Part shown: piece by piece, positions 1-11,661 of the stretch
How positions within the stretch are numbered: position 1 is the first letter of the stretch
Layout of the letters: each line of letters starts with the position of its first letter
Assembly: GCF_001194135.2 (NCBI RefSeq)
Contig: NC_068981.1
Span: 24,634,836-24,698,835 of the forward strand
Direction of reading: 5' to 3'
Source: Octopus bimaculoides
Taxonomy: Eukaryota
DNA length: 64,000 bases
Translations under genes and position numbers: made by a program
The notes under the pieces: model-generated
Seen by the model: only the letters and a program-made list of their open reading frames with translations
Databases searched by the model: none
Told to the model about the DNA's origin: nothing

Positions 1-296
1 AGTGTGTAAGCACACAGTTGTTTGCTGTGTATATTCAAGGGTGCGAGGTCAACAATGATGATGATGGTGATATATATATATGTGTGTAGGAGGTCAATAA
101 TAATATGATAAATATACACACACACACATATATATTTATATATATTTATATATATATATATATATGAAATAGAAATATTTGCCTCTTATGTTTAAAAAAA
201 GAAACTTGTTTTATTAATACATTTGTAGAAAAGTTTAGTGCATGTTCAACCCATTATTATTTTTACAACACATATGTGGTAAGGGTGATGATATTG

Positions 297-340
<44 letters not shown>

Positions 341-447
341 GTGTTGGAAAAATAAAGGGTTAAACATGTATATATATATATATATATATATATTTGAATA
401 AAACAAGTTTTCTTTTTAAACACAGGTGATAAATATTTCTTTATTTT

Positions 448-536
448 CATATATATTCTCTTTTACTCTTTTACTTGTTTCAGTCATTTGACTGTGGCCA
501 TGCTGGAGCACCGCTTTTAGTCGAGCAAATTGACCC
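448..536 (-). mobile_element. SINE-A 3' end, cut off by N gap
   Basis: Reverse complement of the ...GCTCCAGCATGGCCACAGTCAAATGACTGAAACAAGTAAAAGAG tail shared by >12 copies in the window. Confidence 0.85.
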
Positions 537-1170
537 NNNNNNNNNNNNNNNNNNNNNNNNNNNNNNNNNNNNNNNNNNNNNNNNNNNNNNNNNNNNNNNN
601 NNNNNNNNNNNNNNNNNNNNNNNNNNNNNNNNNNNNNNNNNNNNNNNNNNNNNNNNNNNNNNNNNNNNNNNNNNNNNNNNNNNNNNNNNNNNNNNNNNNN
701 NNNNNNNNNNNNNNNNNNNNNNNNNNNNNNNNNNNNNNNNNNNNNNNNNNNNNNNNNNNNNNNNNNNNNNNNNNNNNNNNNNNNNNNNNNNNNNNNNNNN
801 NNNNNNNNNNNNNNNNNNNNNNNNNNNNNNNNNNNNNNNNNNNNNNNNNNNNNNNNNNNNNNNNNNNNNNNNNNNNNNNNNNNNNNNNNNNNNNNNNNNN
901 NNNNNNNNNNNNNNNNNNNNNNNNNNNNNNNNNNNNNNNNNNNNNNNNNNNNNNNNNNNNNNNNNNNNNNNNNNNNNNNNNNNNNNNNNNNNNNNNNNNN
1001 NNNNNNNNNNNNNNNNNNNNNNNNNNNNNNNNNNNNNNNNNNNNNNNNNNNNNNNNNNNNNNNNNNNNNNNNNNNNNNNNNNNNNNNNNNNNNNNNNNNN
1101 NNNNNNNNNNNNNNNNNNNNNNNNNNNNNNNNNNNNNNNNNNNNNNNNNNNNNNNNNNNNNNNNNNNNNA

Positions 1171-1481
1171 ATGTGCAAGTGGCTGAGCACTCCACAGACA
1201 CGTGTACCCTTAACGTAGTTCTCGGGTATATTCAGCGTGACACAGAGTGTGACAAGGCTGACCCTTTGAATTACAGGCACAACAGAAACTCAGGAAGTAA
1301 GAGCGAGAGAAAGTTGTGGTGAAAGAGTACAACAGGGTTCGCCACCATCCCCTGCCAGAGCCTCGTGGAGCTTTAGGTGTTTTCGCTCAATAAACACTCA
1401 CAACGCCCGGTCTGGGAATCGAAACCGCGATCCTATGACCGCGAGTCCGCTGCCCTAACCACTGCGCCATTGTGCCTCCAC
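1171..1481 (-). mobile_element. SINE-B (tRNA-derived head), 3' end in gap
   Basis: Matches the B copies at 25561, 26384, 38730 and 48158; the head has A-box-like TGGCGCAGTGG and B-box-like GTTTCGATTCC on -. Confidence 0.85.
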
Positions 1482-2032
1482 ATCAGATACTATACTGTAT
1501 CAAAATACTATACAGATATATCAAATACAATAGAAGTTCTTGATTTATTTAAATTATCTCTTCCTCTAACGTATGTGTCATAATTTCCAAATGGCAGTTA
1601 GGACAAGCTCTGTATGAGAAGGGAAGATAATTTTAGGTTTCAAGATCTCCCCAAAGTTGACATCACATTAAAGAAAAGGATAAGCTTATTGTTTGGAGAT
1701 ATGAGGACAGTCGTGGACATGGTTCCTGCCTTAGTAGGTGTCATCAGCATGACAACTGTACAACCTTATCTACATTAGCCAAAGGACTTAAACATAGAAG
1801 AGGAGTAGACTGCATTTATGGCCTAGGTAATTTGTATAACTTGAACAAATATGAGCCCAAGAGAAATAATTTAGATTGGCCAGTGGGATGTATTTAAACA
1901 ACAGAAACAGATACAGGCATATCAAATATGATAGAACATAAATTCTTTATTTATTTCCAGCTCTAGATGTGTCACAGTTACTAAATGGCATGTCTGCTTA
2001 GGAGAAGTCTTGATTCTTCAGATTATTTAACC

Positions 2033-2329
2033 CAGGGGTTTTCAAACTTTTTGACTTGCGGACCCCTTTATATTTCAGGCTTTACCTTAGAGACCCCCTT
2101 ATAAACACTTATGAAATTTATACATAAATATTTGCTTAAAATAACATATATTTTTACATTTATTTATTTAACAGTATTTAACAAATAGGTTTATTGTCAA
2201 TTAAAAGATTTCGATTAAAAAACACATATAAAATCAAATTGCCCATAAAAAGTATTTGCTGTCCACGGACCCCCTGTCTTGTCCTTGCGGACCCCCTGTG
2301 GTCCAGGGACCACAGTTTGAAAACCCCTG
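2033..2329. mobile_element. hAT-type MITE with perfect 8-bp TSD
   Basis: 16-bp TIRs CAGGGGTTTTCAAACT / AGTTTGAAAACCCCTG; TSD ATTTAACC at 2025-2032 and 2330-2337. An 8-bp TSD is characteristic of hAT. Confidence 0.9.
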
Positions 2330-2454
2330 ATTTAACCTTCTCATATGGAGTTGGTCTTCACTGCTATTTGGTCATTATGATATATCGTCTTGAAGTAGAG
2401 ATCATTAAAATAAACTGAGAATTTATGTTGCATGTTATTTTGATAGACCAGTTT

Positions 2455-2740
2455 ATTGTAAAGCAAGGATGTGGCCTGGAGAGACAAACTGCACTGTACT
2501 GCAGTGGTCGAATGGTTAAAACTTCCTGCAATTCCCCAACCTCCGGAGCCATTGAAGAAACTGCTGTCATCAACTGACCAAGATTCCAAGGACTTCCAAA
2601 CCAAAATTAGACAATACAATGCTTCACTACAGATGACATCATTTGGAGCCACAAGAGATTTAACTAAGCCTGGATTCTTGCAAACTTTCAAGATCCAAGG
2701 TCAGATTTATCATCGCATTGGCTCTCTGCTACCTCTGTCA
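2455..2740 (+). pseudogene. Helitron Rep/helicase N-terminal fragment
   Basis: KLPAIPQPPEPLKKLLS...IRQYNASLQMTSFGAT...TFKIQGQIYHRIGSLLP matches the Helitron N-terminal motif (YN..F.MTSFG...F..QGQ.YHRIGSLLP) as I recall it; frameshifted upstream and truncated downstream. Confidence 0.85.
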
Positions 2741-2751
2741 AATAATTCCAC

Positions 2752-2818
2752 AAAATCGTCCAACCCATGCCAGCATGGAAAGCGGACGTTAAACGACGAT
2801 GATGATGATGATGATGAT
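2752..2818 (+). mobile_element. Family C 3' tail fragment
   Basis: AAATCGTCCAACCCATGCCAGCATGGAAAGCGGACGTTAAACGA(TGA)n. Confidence 0.8.
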
Positions 2819-3233
2819 TAGCATAAAGTGTGTATGATGATCTAAATAAAATCACTTCCATACTAACACAACACATAACAATATACTNNNNNNNNNNCCA
2901 CACACACACACATGCACATGCAAATACTCACACACACACACACACATCCATACTAGTACATCTAGCCACTCTCTTGTTTGCTTCCTGCCATGACCCATCC
3001 AACACATGATAGCTCCGCTACCACAGAGTCTATCAATGCTACCACATGCTATTTACCTGTCCTAGCGTATTCATTCAGCTGAATTTATAAGACAACAGCA
3101 TAAAGTACGTTTCTACTACTGAAATTTTATTCTCGTGAGAAACAACAGGGATTATAGTGTGGCTCTTTGTCTGATTGTTGCTTTTTCTCCCAAGTGTTTT
3201 CCTCAGTATTTCTGTGCATGTCTATTTATATGC

Positions 3234-3273
<40 letters not shown>

Positions 3274-3285
3274 AATGTATGTATA

Positions 3286-3569
3286 GGTGCAGGAGTGGCT
3301 GTGTGGTAAGTAGCTTGCTTACCAACCACATGGTTCCGGATTCAGTCCCACTGCGTGGCACCTTGGGCAAGTGTCTTTTACTATAGGCTCGGGCCAACCA
3401 AAGCCTTGTGAGTGGATGTGGTAGACGGAAACTGAAAAGAAGCCTGTCATATATATATATATCATCATCATCATCATCATCATCGCTTAACGTCTGCTTT
3501 CCATGCTAGCATGGGTTGGACGATTTGACTGAGGACTGGTGAAACCGGATGGCATCACCAGGCTCCAAG

Positions 3570-3603
<34 letters not shown>

Positions 3604-3817
3604 AATATGTGTGTGTGTATGTGTCTGTGTTTGTCCCCCCAACATCGCTTGACAACCAATGCTGGTGTGTTTACATCCCCATAACTAACCAGTTCAGCAG
3701 AAGAGACCGATAGAATAAGTACTAGGCCTACAAAGAGTAAGTCCTGGGGTCGATTTCCTCGACTAAAGGCGGTGCTCCAGCATGGCTGCAGTCAAATGAC
3801 TGAAACAAATAAAAGAA
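3286..3817 (+). mobile_element. Full-length SINE-A with a nested family C fragment (3462-3568, -)
   Basis: Head GGAGTGGCTGTGTGG, B-box-like GGATTCAGTCCC, full body and tail; the C fragment sits in the internal TA tract. Confidence 0.9.
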
Positions 3818-4554
3818 TATACATATACATATGTGCATGTGTGTGTGTGTGTGTGTGTGTGTGTACACATCAAATGGTGATGTTAAACAGGTCATGATAT
3901 ATTAAGCCAGCCAACCCTTGAGAGGTAAAATTGGTTTTAGTGTGTTTATAGGCGTTAACACACACGTACAAATGCACACAAATGTGTGTGTATATATGTA
4001 TTATATAAAGTATTTTTGCTTCACACACACACACACACGGTCTGATTGCTTGCTCCTTGTTTTTGTTCTTCATTCTCATCACTTTATGTTCAACTTCTCT
4101 GGGCCAACTTCTATTTTTAGCAAGGTTTATGAGAATCTGTCTCATAACAAATTGGCTGAAGAAATGAGTAGTCAAAGAAAAATCCTCGTGTCCCCAAAGA
4201 ATACTGTAAATTAAAAATTTTCTGAGTGTGTCAATATTCAAGAATCATTCTTTTTTGTCTCTCTATTTCACACACTTTGGTCATAGCTCCAACTAATATC
4301 TATTTAATCATAGAGCACTTCCAGTGAATAGATGCTTAAATTAGACTAATTTAGATGTGTCTAGTGAGGTTTGTGTATATATGTATATATATTTTGTTGG
4401 TATGTTCATATACATTCATACACACGTACATATATATGGGTGTGTGAATAGGAAGCAAATGATTTGTGTTAGCTGTGATGCATTCTGATTTGTCTATCTT
4501 AAGGGATATAGTCATAAAAGTACTTCATGTGGATTTAACAATAAATTAGAAAGC

Positions 4555-4720
4555 TGAGTTGTTCATCTATAAGTCATTGAAGGTGAACAGATGGAAAAGA
4601 GTGGGCGACAAAGCTGAACCATGGGGCATGTTGCAGTTGATAGTATGTGCGACGGTAAGAAACTTGAAACTTTTTTTCTTTATCATTCTGGTAATTCAAG
4701 AGTGATAAAATGCTTCTCCA
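4555..4720 (-). pseudogene. Degenerate non-LTR reverse transcriptase fragment
   Basis: The minus strand reads INCNMPHGSALSPTLFHLFTFNDL*, a decayed form of the RT motif NSGVPQGSVLSPTLF..FINDL. Confidence 0.55.
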
Positions 4721-5170
4721 AATATCTTTTTACAGATTATATGTAACAGAAAATACTGTTATATAATTTTGTTGTATTTTTGGGAAGGTCATTATGTCGA
4801 TAAAAAACACATATACTGGTATTATTACACTTCTTTTTTTTTTCAATTTCACAATTGGTTAATCATTTAACCAATTGACTAATAAATTGTTAGATTAATT
4901 GTTTTAGTTGATCAATCAACCAGCTAAGTTTGTCCAAGTCCGTTTGTTGTCGTTTATGATCTTATCAATGATGTACCCCTTCTATTCCAGGTCCACTTCA
5001 GGTCTGTATGTCTCAGAGCCAGCTAGGCATGGCTGGAACGCTTCTGATCATAGTTCTGCTTGATTGGTGTTGACCTGTAGCTACAACTTCACATGTGTGT
5101 TTGCATGTGTGCATTAACTATATCTTTAACCCAACATCATCCATTGGAATTATCTGAGTGAGATACCAGT

Positions 5171-5174
<4 letters not shown>

Positions 5175-5202
<28 letters not shown>

Positions 5203-5647
5203 TTAACGTCCGTTTTCCATGCTGGCATGGGTTGGACGATTTGACTGAGGACTGGCGAACCAGATGGCTGCACCAGGCTCCATGATGTGACAGAGTTTCT
5301 ACAGCTGGATGCCCTTCCTAACGCCAACCACTCCGAGAGCGTAATGGGTGCTTTTACATTCCACTGGCACGAGGGCCAGTCAGGCGGTACTGGCAACGGC
5401 CACACTCAAAATGGTGTTTCTTACATGCCACCTGCACAGGAGCCAGTCCAGCGGCACTGGCAATGACCTCGCTCGAATGTTTTTTTCACGTGCCACCGGC
5501 TGGTAACAATCACGCTAAAATGGTGCTATTTATGTGCCACTGGCACGGAAGCCAGACAGCTGCTCTGGCAATGATCACGCTTGGGTGGTGCTGTTAAGCG
5601 CTCCATTGGCACAGGTGCCAGTCATCGAATTTGGTTCAATTTCGATT
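5175..5647 (-). mobile_element. Family C element with ~4 internal ~65-bp repeats
   Basis: (CAT)n tail, CTGGATGCCCTTCCTAACGCCAACC motif, then repeated GTGCCAC(C/T)GGCAC.GGAGCCAGTC units. Confidence 0.85.
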
Positions 5648-6827
5648 TGAATGGGTTAGACTATTCAATTTGACAGGAACCAGCTGGCTGGAGGGTTGCA
5701 TGAGGCTCCAGTTGTCTGTTTTAGCATGGTTTATACTGTTCAGTGCCCTTCTTAATGCCAACTATTTTATGATGTGTACTGGGTGCTTTTCATGTGGCAC
5801 TGGCATGGGTGCTTGTTAAGTATTTATTAAACCTTTCTATAATTATTCTCAGAAAATAGAACTCTCACATTGTCTCCATTGTGAAGACTGTGACATTGTC
5901 AGTTACATTGTCCTTTTATCTAGAAATTCATGCCTCCCACGCAGACCTAACTCATCCTTCCATGTCGATGACTATTACATCTGTACCTCCAAGGAGATCA
6001 TTTATGGCATAAAATGCAACACTCTGCTGCTTGGGTTTATATTGGAGAAGCCAGTCGGCAAATGGTAAATAGTTTCTGAGAGCCTGTGGCTTATCACTCC
6101 AATTCTCTTGTTGACACCGACCTGTATCTTTGCCATCTATCAGATTTTGTACAGCATGAATCTCCCATTTCCTGCTTACACAGTGAACAACCATTTCCCA
6201 GCTAAATACAGCCAGTCCAACTGGGATGAATAATAGTATTTTGCCTCCTGTTCTCATTCTCTCTCTTTCTCTCACACATATACACACAAACATACAGAGT
6301 GTACTCATCAATCATATACATGTATTACTATTCCTTATTCACAGTCTCATACAACAACTCACCACACCTACCTCTGTGCCCCAAGACACACACACAACCA
6401 AGTTGCTCATTGCTCACGTGATCTCATCCACACACACATGCAACATTTTCCTTACGCACACCACATACGCATAAACTTTCATGATTTCACACTTCCTTTA
6501 ACTTATCTTTACCAATCTATGCTTATCCCACTTATCTCTCTCCATTGTCATTCTTTTGGCAACCGTTCTACAGACTTCCATTTTTTACATTCACCATTCT
6601 GCTTTTCCCATTATTTGCTTTACTCTGTTTGATATAGGACCACTGTGTCAAAATGTTGGAATTCTCCTCTGTTCCTTCATCCCAGTGTAATCATGTACTT
6701 AGTCACTTTTTTTTTTCCTTTCTTTTTCTCAAGACTTTGGATATTATTCCATTACTACATTGATGCTGACCACTTGGGTTGCTACTAGATTTATATCATC
6801 TATCATTCTTCCCCCCACCTCTCTCTC

Positions 6828-6871
<44 letters not shown>

Positions 6872-7321
6872 TACTTGTTTAAATACTTCTTTATACACAT
6901 ACACATGTAGTATGGTGTGTGTGTGCCCATGTCAATGTATGTGTGTGATTGTATGTATATGATGGTATGTAGGTACAGCTATGAATATTTATATTTCTGT
7001 ATATTACATATGTTCCTCTGCTATATATAACATCACTGGACATTTCAGCTGAAAAGCATCCAAGAGTTGATTTACTGGTTCACTGCGGTATTGACAGTGA
7101 AAGAGAGCGGATGGGTTTGTGAACTTAGCTTCTGAAAGCTTGAACTCCTTCAGCTTTGCTGGTCTTGATTGCTGCAGTTTTTTTTTTAAGAAATTTGTTC
7201 CATATGTTGTTAGCTTGGTGCAAAGAGTGGCTTATTAATGTGTGGCTGTTGGCATCAGGCATTGTGAGGACATGTACATGTATGTATTGAAGACATGTCC
7301 AGCTATTGACAGTACACAAAG

Positions 7322-7510
7322 CATCATCATCATCATTTAACATCCATTTTCCATGCTGTCATGGGTTGGACAGTTTGACGGGATCCAATGAGTTGCAGGA
7401 ATGTGTTGTACTCCTGTATCACTTAGCTATGGTTTCTGTGGCTGGTAGTCCTTCTTAAAACCAGCCACTTTACATTCTGTAGTGGGTGCTGTTTTCATGA
7501 CATCAGCACC
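7322..7510 (-). mobile_element. Diverged family C copy
   Basis: CATCATCATTTAACATCCATTTTCCATGCTGTCATGGGTTGGACAGTTTGAC start; degenerate body. Confidence 0.6.
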
Positions 7511-8533
7511 TGTGCTTTCATCAGGTAAGATAAGAAAAGGACTAGAAAAATTAGTTGAGAACCAGACGAAAGGGGAAATAAAGGATGAGTGATTTTGTAA
7601 GAGTTTGAAAGGAACATGACAGATTGAGACGAGGCTGTGGATGTAAGATGATAAGGAAGATGGGGGAGAAGGGGTAGTAAGAAGTAGAACAACAACCACC
7701 ACCACCACCACAACAACAACATCTGTAGCAAGGGCTACTCTATTTTGGTCTTCCAGATTTCAGCCACCCGCCTTTGGTCAGCCTGAGGCTGAGATAGAAC
7801 ACACTAGCCCGAATTAGTTGTATATAAGTGGCATTGAACTCGGTACCACTTGGTTGCAAAATCTACTTCTTAACCACAGATCAACTACTGCAAACAGTAC
7901 AGGAGTGGTGTGTTCTGTGATGCTCCATCATTAATGACTGCTGATACTGTTCCTTGTAAAAGTCTTTTTTTTTTTGGTTTTTTTTTTCGTTTTGGGATTC
8001 TGTTTATCTTTTCTTCTTAACTCTTCTTCTTTTCTTTGCTTGGCTTGCGCAAGCTTTCTCCAGTTCTCTTGAGTATTGGCTCTTCCTTAATTGATGGAAG
8101 AGATGGTGCTTCCATTTAAGAACTCATTTACATCTGTCAGACTCATACACACATACATACACATGCACATCTACATACACCTACACATACATTCACACAA
8201 ACACGCACATGCACACACTCATGCCCCCCCCCCCAATGTAATGTAAAAATCAATTTTTGACAGCTTTGACAGTGACTATTGCACATTTTCATTTAACTGT
8301 GTTGCCTGCATTATGAATCATAGTGCTAGTGGCTTATTACTCTACGAACGTTTGTGTCTATAAAATAATTTCATAGAATTATCTTGGCATAGTCCGTGAC
8401 AAAGGTTATCTTGTGAATTACTGGTACAGTCAATCCAATGCATTTCCACACAGTTTCCTGTCTACCTAAAGGTTTCTTCAAAAGCAGTGCTTGGGTTGAC
8501 CTGAGATAACGGTCAAAGGTACTTGCTCTAGAT

Positions 8534-9229
8534 CAGGAGTTCCCAACCTTATTTTGCTTGTAGACCCCTGAGACCTATCTTATCATCTGTGGACCCCATA
8601 TATGGACATACTCTCTTTTACTTGTTTCAGTCATTTGACTGTGGCCATGCTGGAGCATCGCCTTTAGTCGAGCAAATTGACCCCGGGACTTATTCTCTGT
8701 AAGCCTAGTACTTATTCTATCGGTCTCTTTTGCCGAACCGCTAAGTTACTGGTACGTAAACACACCAGCATCGGTTGTCAAGCAATGTTGGGGGGACAAA
8801 CACAGACACACAAACATACACACACATATATATACATTTATACTATGTGCTTCTTTCAGTTTCCGTCTACCAAATCCATTCACAAGGCTATGGTCGGCCT
8901 GAAGCTATAGTAGAAGACACTTGCCCAAGGTGTCACGCAGTGGGACTGAACCCAGATCCATGTGGCTGGTAAGCAAGCTACTTACCACGCAGCCTTTTTA
9001 AATAAATCATTTGCTTGTAGGTTAGTAAAAACCAACAATGAAACAATTGTGTTATATTCATGACAAAAATTCCAAATAAAAATCTTGAAAATTTCAATAA
9101 ATACAAGGACCTTTCCTAGTAAGCAAGACTTATATATGGACCCACAAATTACAATCTTTTACTCGTGGACCCCCTTAAAGCTTCTATGGACCACTGGGGG
9201 TCCATGTGGACCCCGGTTGGGAACCCCTG
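8534..9229. mobile_element. hAT (Charlie-like) MITE interrupted by SINE-A
   Basis: TIRs CAGGAGTTCCCAACC / GGTTGGGAACCCCTG; flanks CTCTAGAT (8526-8533) and CCCTAGAT (9230-9237), 7/8 identical and close to the Charlie nTCTAGAn target. Confidence 0.85.
8610..8994 (-). mobile_element. SINE-A nested in MITE
   Basis: Near-full match to other A copies. Confidence 0.9.
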
Positions 9230-9480
9230 CCCTAGATGCTGAGCAGAGTGACTGAGCATATGCCATAATGTTTTACCAAATGATGATTTTAACCACTTGG
9301 TCCTATTTACATCTGCACTTGTATGTATATATGTATTGATATGCACACTAACTCACAAACACCCACAAATATATGTATTTGTATACACGCACACATTTCT
9401 CTATCTATCTGTATGTGTGTGTGATTGTATACAGTTCTACATTTTGTATACAGTTCTACATTTATTAATGTATGTACACT

Positions 9481-9640
9481 CACTGAGTGGTTGGCATTAG
9501 GAAGGGCATCCAGCTGTAGAAACTCTGCCAAATCAGATTGGAGCCTGGTGTAGCCATCTGATTTCACCAGTCCTCAGTCAAATCGTCCAACCCATGCTAG
9601 CATGGAAAGCGGACATTAAACGATGATGATGATGATGATG
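9481..9640 (+). mobile_element. 5'-truncated family C copy
   Basis: GAGTGGTTGGCATTAGGAAGGGCATCCAGC...(GAT)n. Confidence 0.85.
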
Positions 9641-9731
9641 TAGATAGATATAATTATATACACGCACATTTATGTGTGTGTACGTGTGTGTAGTTAGAGA
9701 TATAGAAATGTCATGATGATGATGATGAATT

Positions 9732-9772
<41 letters not shown>

Positions 9773-10512
9773 AAACATTTGTGCATACACAAGTGTATGT
9801 ACATATATACACACATCCAAATATTCATATATTAGTGTATTTTGATAGCAGCTTTTCTTTGAAGTATGTAGAGTTAAAGAAATGACCATATGTCATTTTT
9901 AATGAGTTTAATGTTGATTTTTTTTTTCTTCTTCACAAAAAAAACACTCCATCTTCCTTTATGCTTGCCAATAGATGATTCTGCCCCCACTGGAATAGAG
10001 GAAAATAAACCGCTCTCTCCCTGAAATAATAATGCTTCAAAAGCCACGTTGTATCTGTTTTTCGGTGCCTTACACTCAATTCTACATACATCAAGGATTT
10101 TCATATATATTATATATGCATTTATTCACCCCGGTTCTCCTCTAGACCTCTGGAATTCCTCCACCCCTCACACCCACTGCATCCTATGTTTCTTCTACAT
10201 AAACTGACCTACAGATGTTTATGCTGAAACATCAGTCATATCAACAGAGCCAGTCTTAGGGGAGCCTTGAAGGGGCCTGCAAAGGTCATGGGAACTGCCT
10301 GTCCCTCTGTAATTATCTTATGAATAAAAATTAAGGGGTTGGGGCGAAACCCAAATCCCTGATATTCCCATATTCTCCTTAGTTCTAGCCTGTTCTGCTT
10401 ATGGTGTGAACATCTTAGGCATCTTTGCTGCATCCAGCAGCTTAACTTATAATCGTTCATATTTATACACACATGCATATACATATATATTCACACATAT
10501 GCATATATATAT

Positions 10513-10560
<48 letters not shown>

Positions 10561-10633
10561 TTGCACATACACACACACACACATATACATACATACATGG
10601 AAATGGATGTGTGGCGTTCAATTCAATAATATA

Positions 10634-10665
<32 letters not shown>

Positions 10666-10671
10666 TTCATA

Positions 10672-10874
10672 ATAGGACAAATTCTTTTACAAGAATTTAT
10701 CAAGTAGCTAGTGTGAAAAAACCTCATAAGGGAAAAAAATCCATCATTTATTCCCGAAATATATATTTATATTTATATAAGGGCATTACTATACAATAAC
10801 ACCTCACCTTCGTAGTCTGACCTTAGAGTCCCTCATGGCGTGAGGCGTTATTGTATAGTAATGCCCTTATATAA
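10672..10874. mobile_element. Dispersed repeat ending in a 35-bp fold-back (possibly Penelope-like)
   Basis: Arms 10773-10807 and 10840-10874 are inverted with 1 mismatch; 10672-10770 is homologous to 36195-36300 in reverse. The family assignment is inference. Confidence 0.65.
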
Positions 10875-11264
10875 NNNNNNNNNNNNNNNNNNNNNNNNNN
10901 NNNNNNNNNNNNNNNNNNNNNNNNNNNNNNNNNNNNNNNNNNNNNNNNNNNNNNNNNNNNNNNNNNNNNNNNNNNNNNNNNNNNNNNNNNNNNNNNNNNN
11001 NNNNNNNNNNNNNNNNNNNNNNNNNNNNNNNNNNNNNNNNNNNNNNNNNNNNNNNNNNNNNNNNNNNNNNNNNNNNNNNNNNNNNNNNNNNNNNNNNNNN
11101 NNNNNNNNNNNNNNNNNNNNNNNNNNNNNNNNNNNNNNNNNNNNNNNNNNNNNNNNNNNNNNNNNNNNNNNNNNNNNNNNNNNNNNNNNNNNNNNNNNNN
11201 NNNNNNNNNNNNNNNNNNNNNNNNNNNNNNNNNNNNNNNNNNNNNNNNNNNNNNNNATTAAAGG

Positions 11265-11412
11265 CAGGAAAATTAAAAGGTGGCAGCAATATTGAACTCC
11301 CTCATTCACCAGAAGCCAAACCCATAGAATCGGCCAACTAAAAGGTGATTACAATGGCAGTGCCCCAACATAGTCACAGCTTCAAGGCTGAAAACATGTA
11401 AAAGAATAAAAG
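11265..11412 (+). mobile_element. CR1-like LINE 3' end
   Basis: AACTCCCTCATTCACCA (11295-11311) aligns with the ORF2 end of the CR1 relic (58178-58194), followed by a homologous 3' tail and (AAAAGA)n. Confidence 0.6.
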
Positions 11413-11414
11413 AT

Positions 11415-11621
11415 TACTCTTTTACTGGTTTCAGTCATTTGACTGCGGCCATGCTGGAGCACCGCCTTTAGTCAAGCGAATCGACCCCAGGACTTATTCT
11501 TTGTAAGCCTAGTACTTATTCTATCGGTGTCTTTTGCCGAACCGCTAAGTTGCAGGGATGTAAACACACTACCATCGGTTGCCAAGCGATGTTGGGGGGG
11601 ACAAACACGGTCACACAAACG

Positions 11622-11661
<40 letters not shown>

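Noticed and set aside
416-1280. Long ORF-track ORFs spanning N runs (also ~10.8, 12.4, 15.3, 23.6, 42.4-43.9, 44.4-45.3, 58.7 and 61 kb)
   Set aside because: The length comes from Ns and dinucleotide repeats; they carry no coding information.
1490-2030. Two similar segments (1500-1660, 1900-2030) that may be decayed LINE RT on -
   Set aside because: Only a faint resemblance to the LDISKAFD region, with many stops; too weak to call without an alignment.
3286-3365. SINE heads as tRNA genes (all A/B/D/E copies)
   Set aside because: A/B boxes are present, but the heads run directly into repeated SINE bodies and I could not fold a complete cloverleaf.
5952-6311. 119-aa minus-strand ORF
   Set aside because: Begins in a microsatellite; at most a trace of a LINE NYRPI-like motif; no splice support.
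7900-8130. Lys/Glu-rich minus-strand frames (e.g. QENWRKLAQAKQRKEEELRRK)
   Set aside because: Stops in every frame, no polypyrimidine acceptor and no recognisable family.
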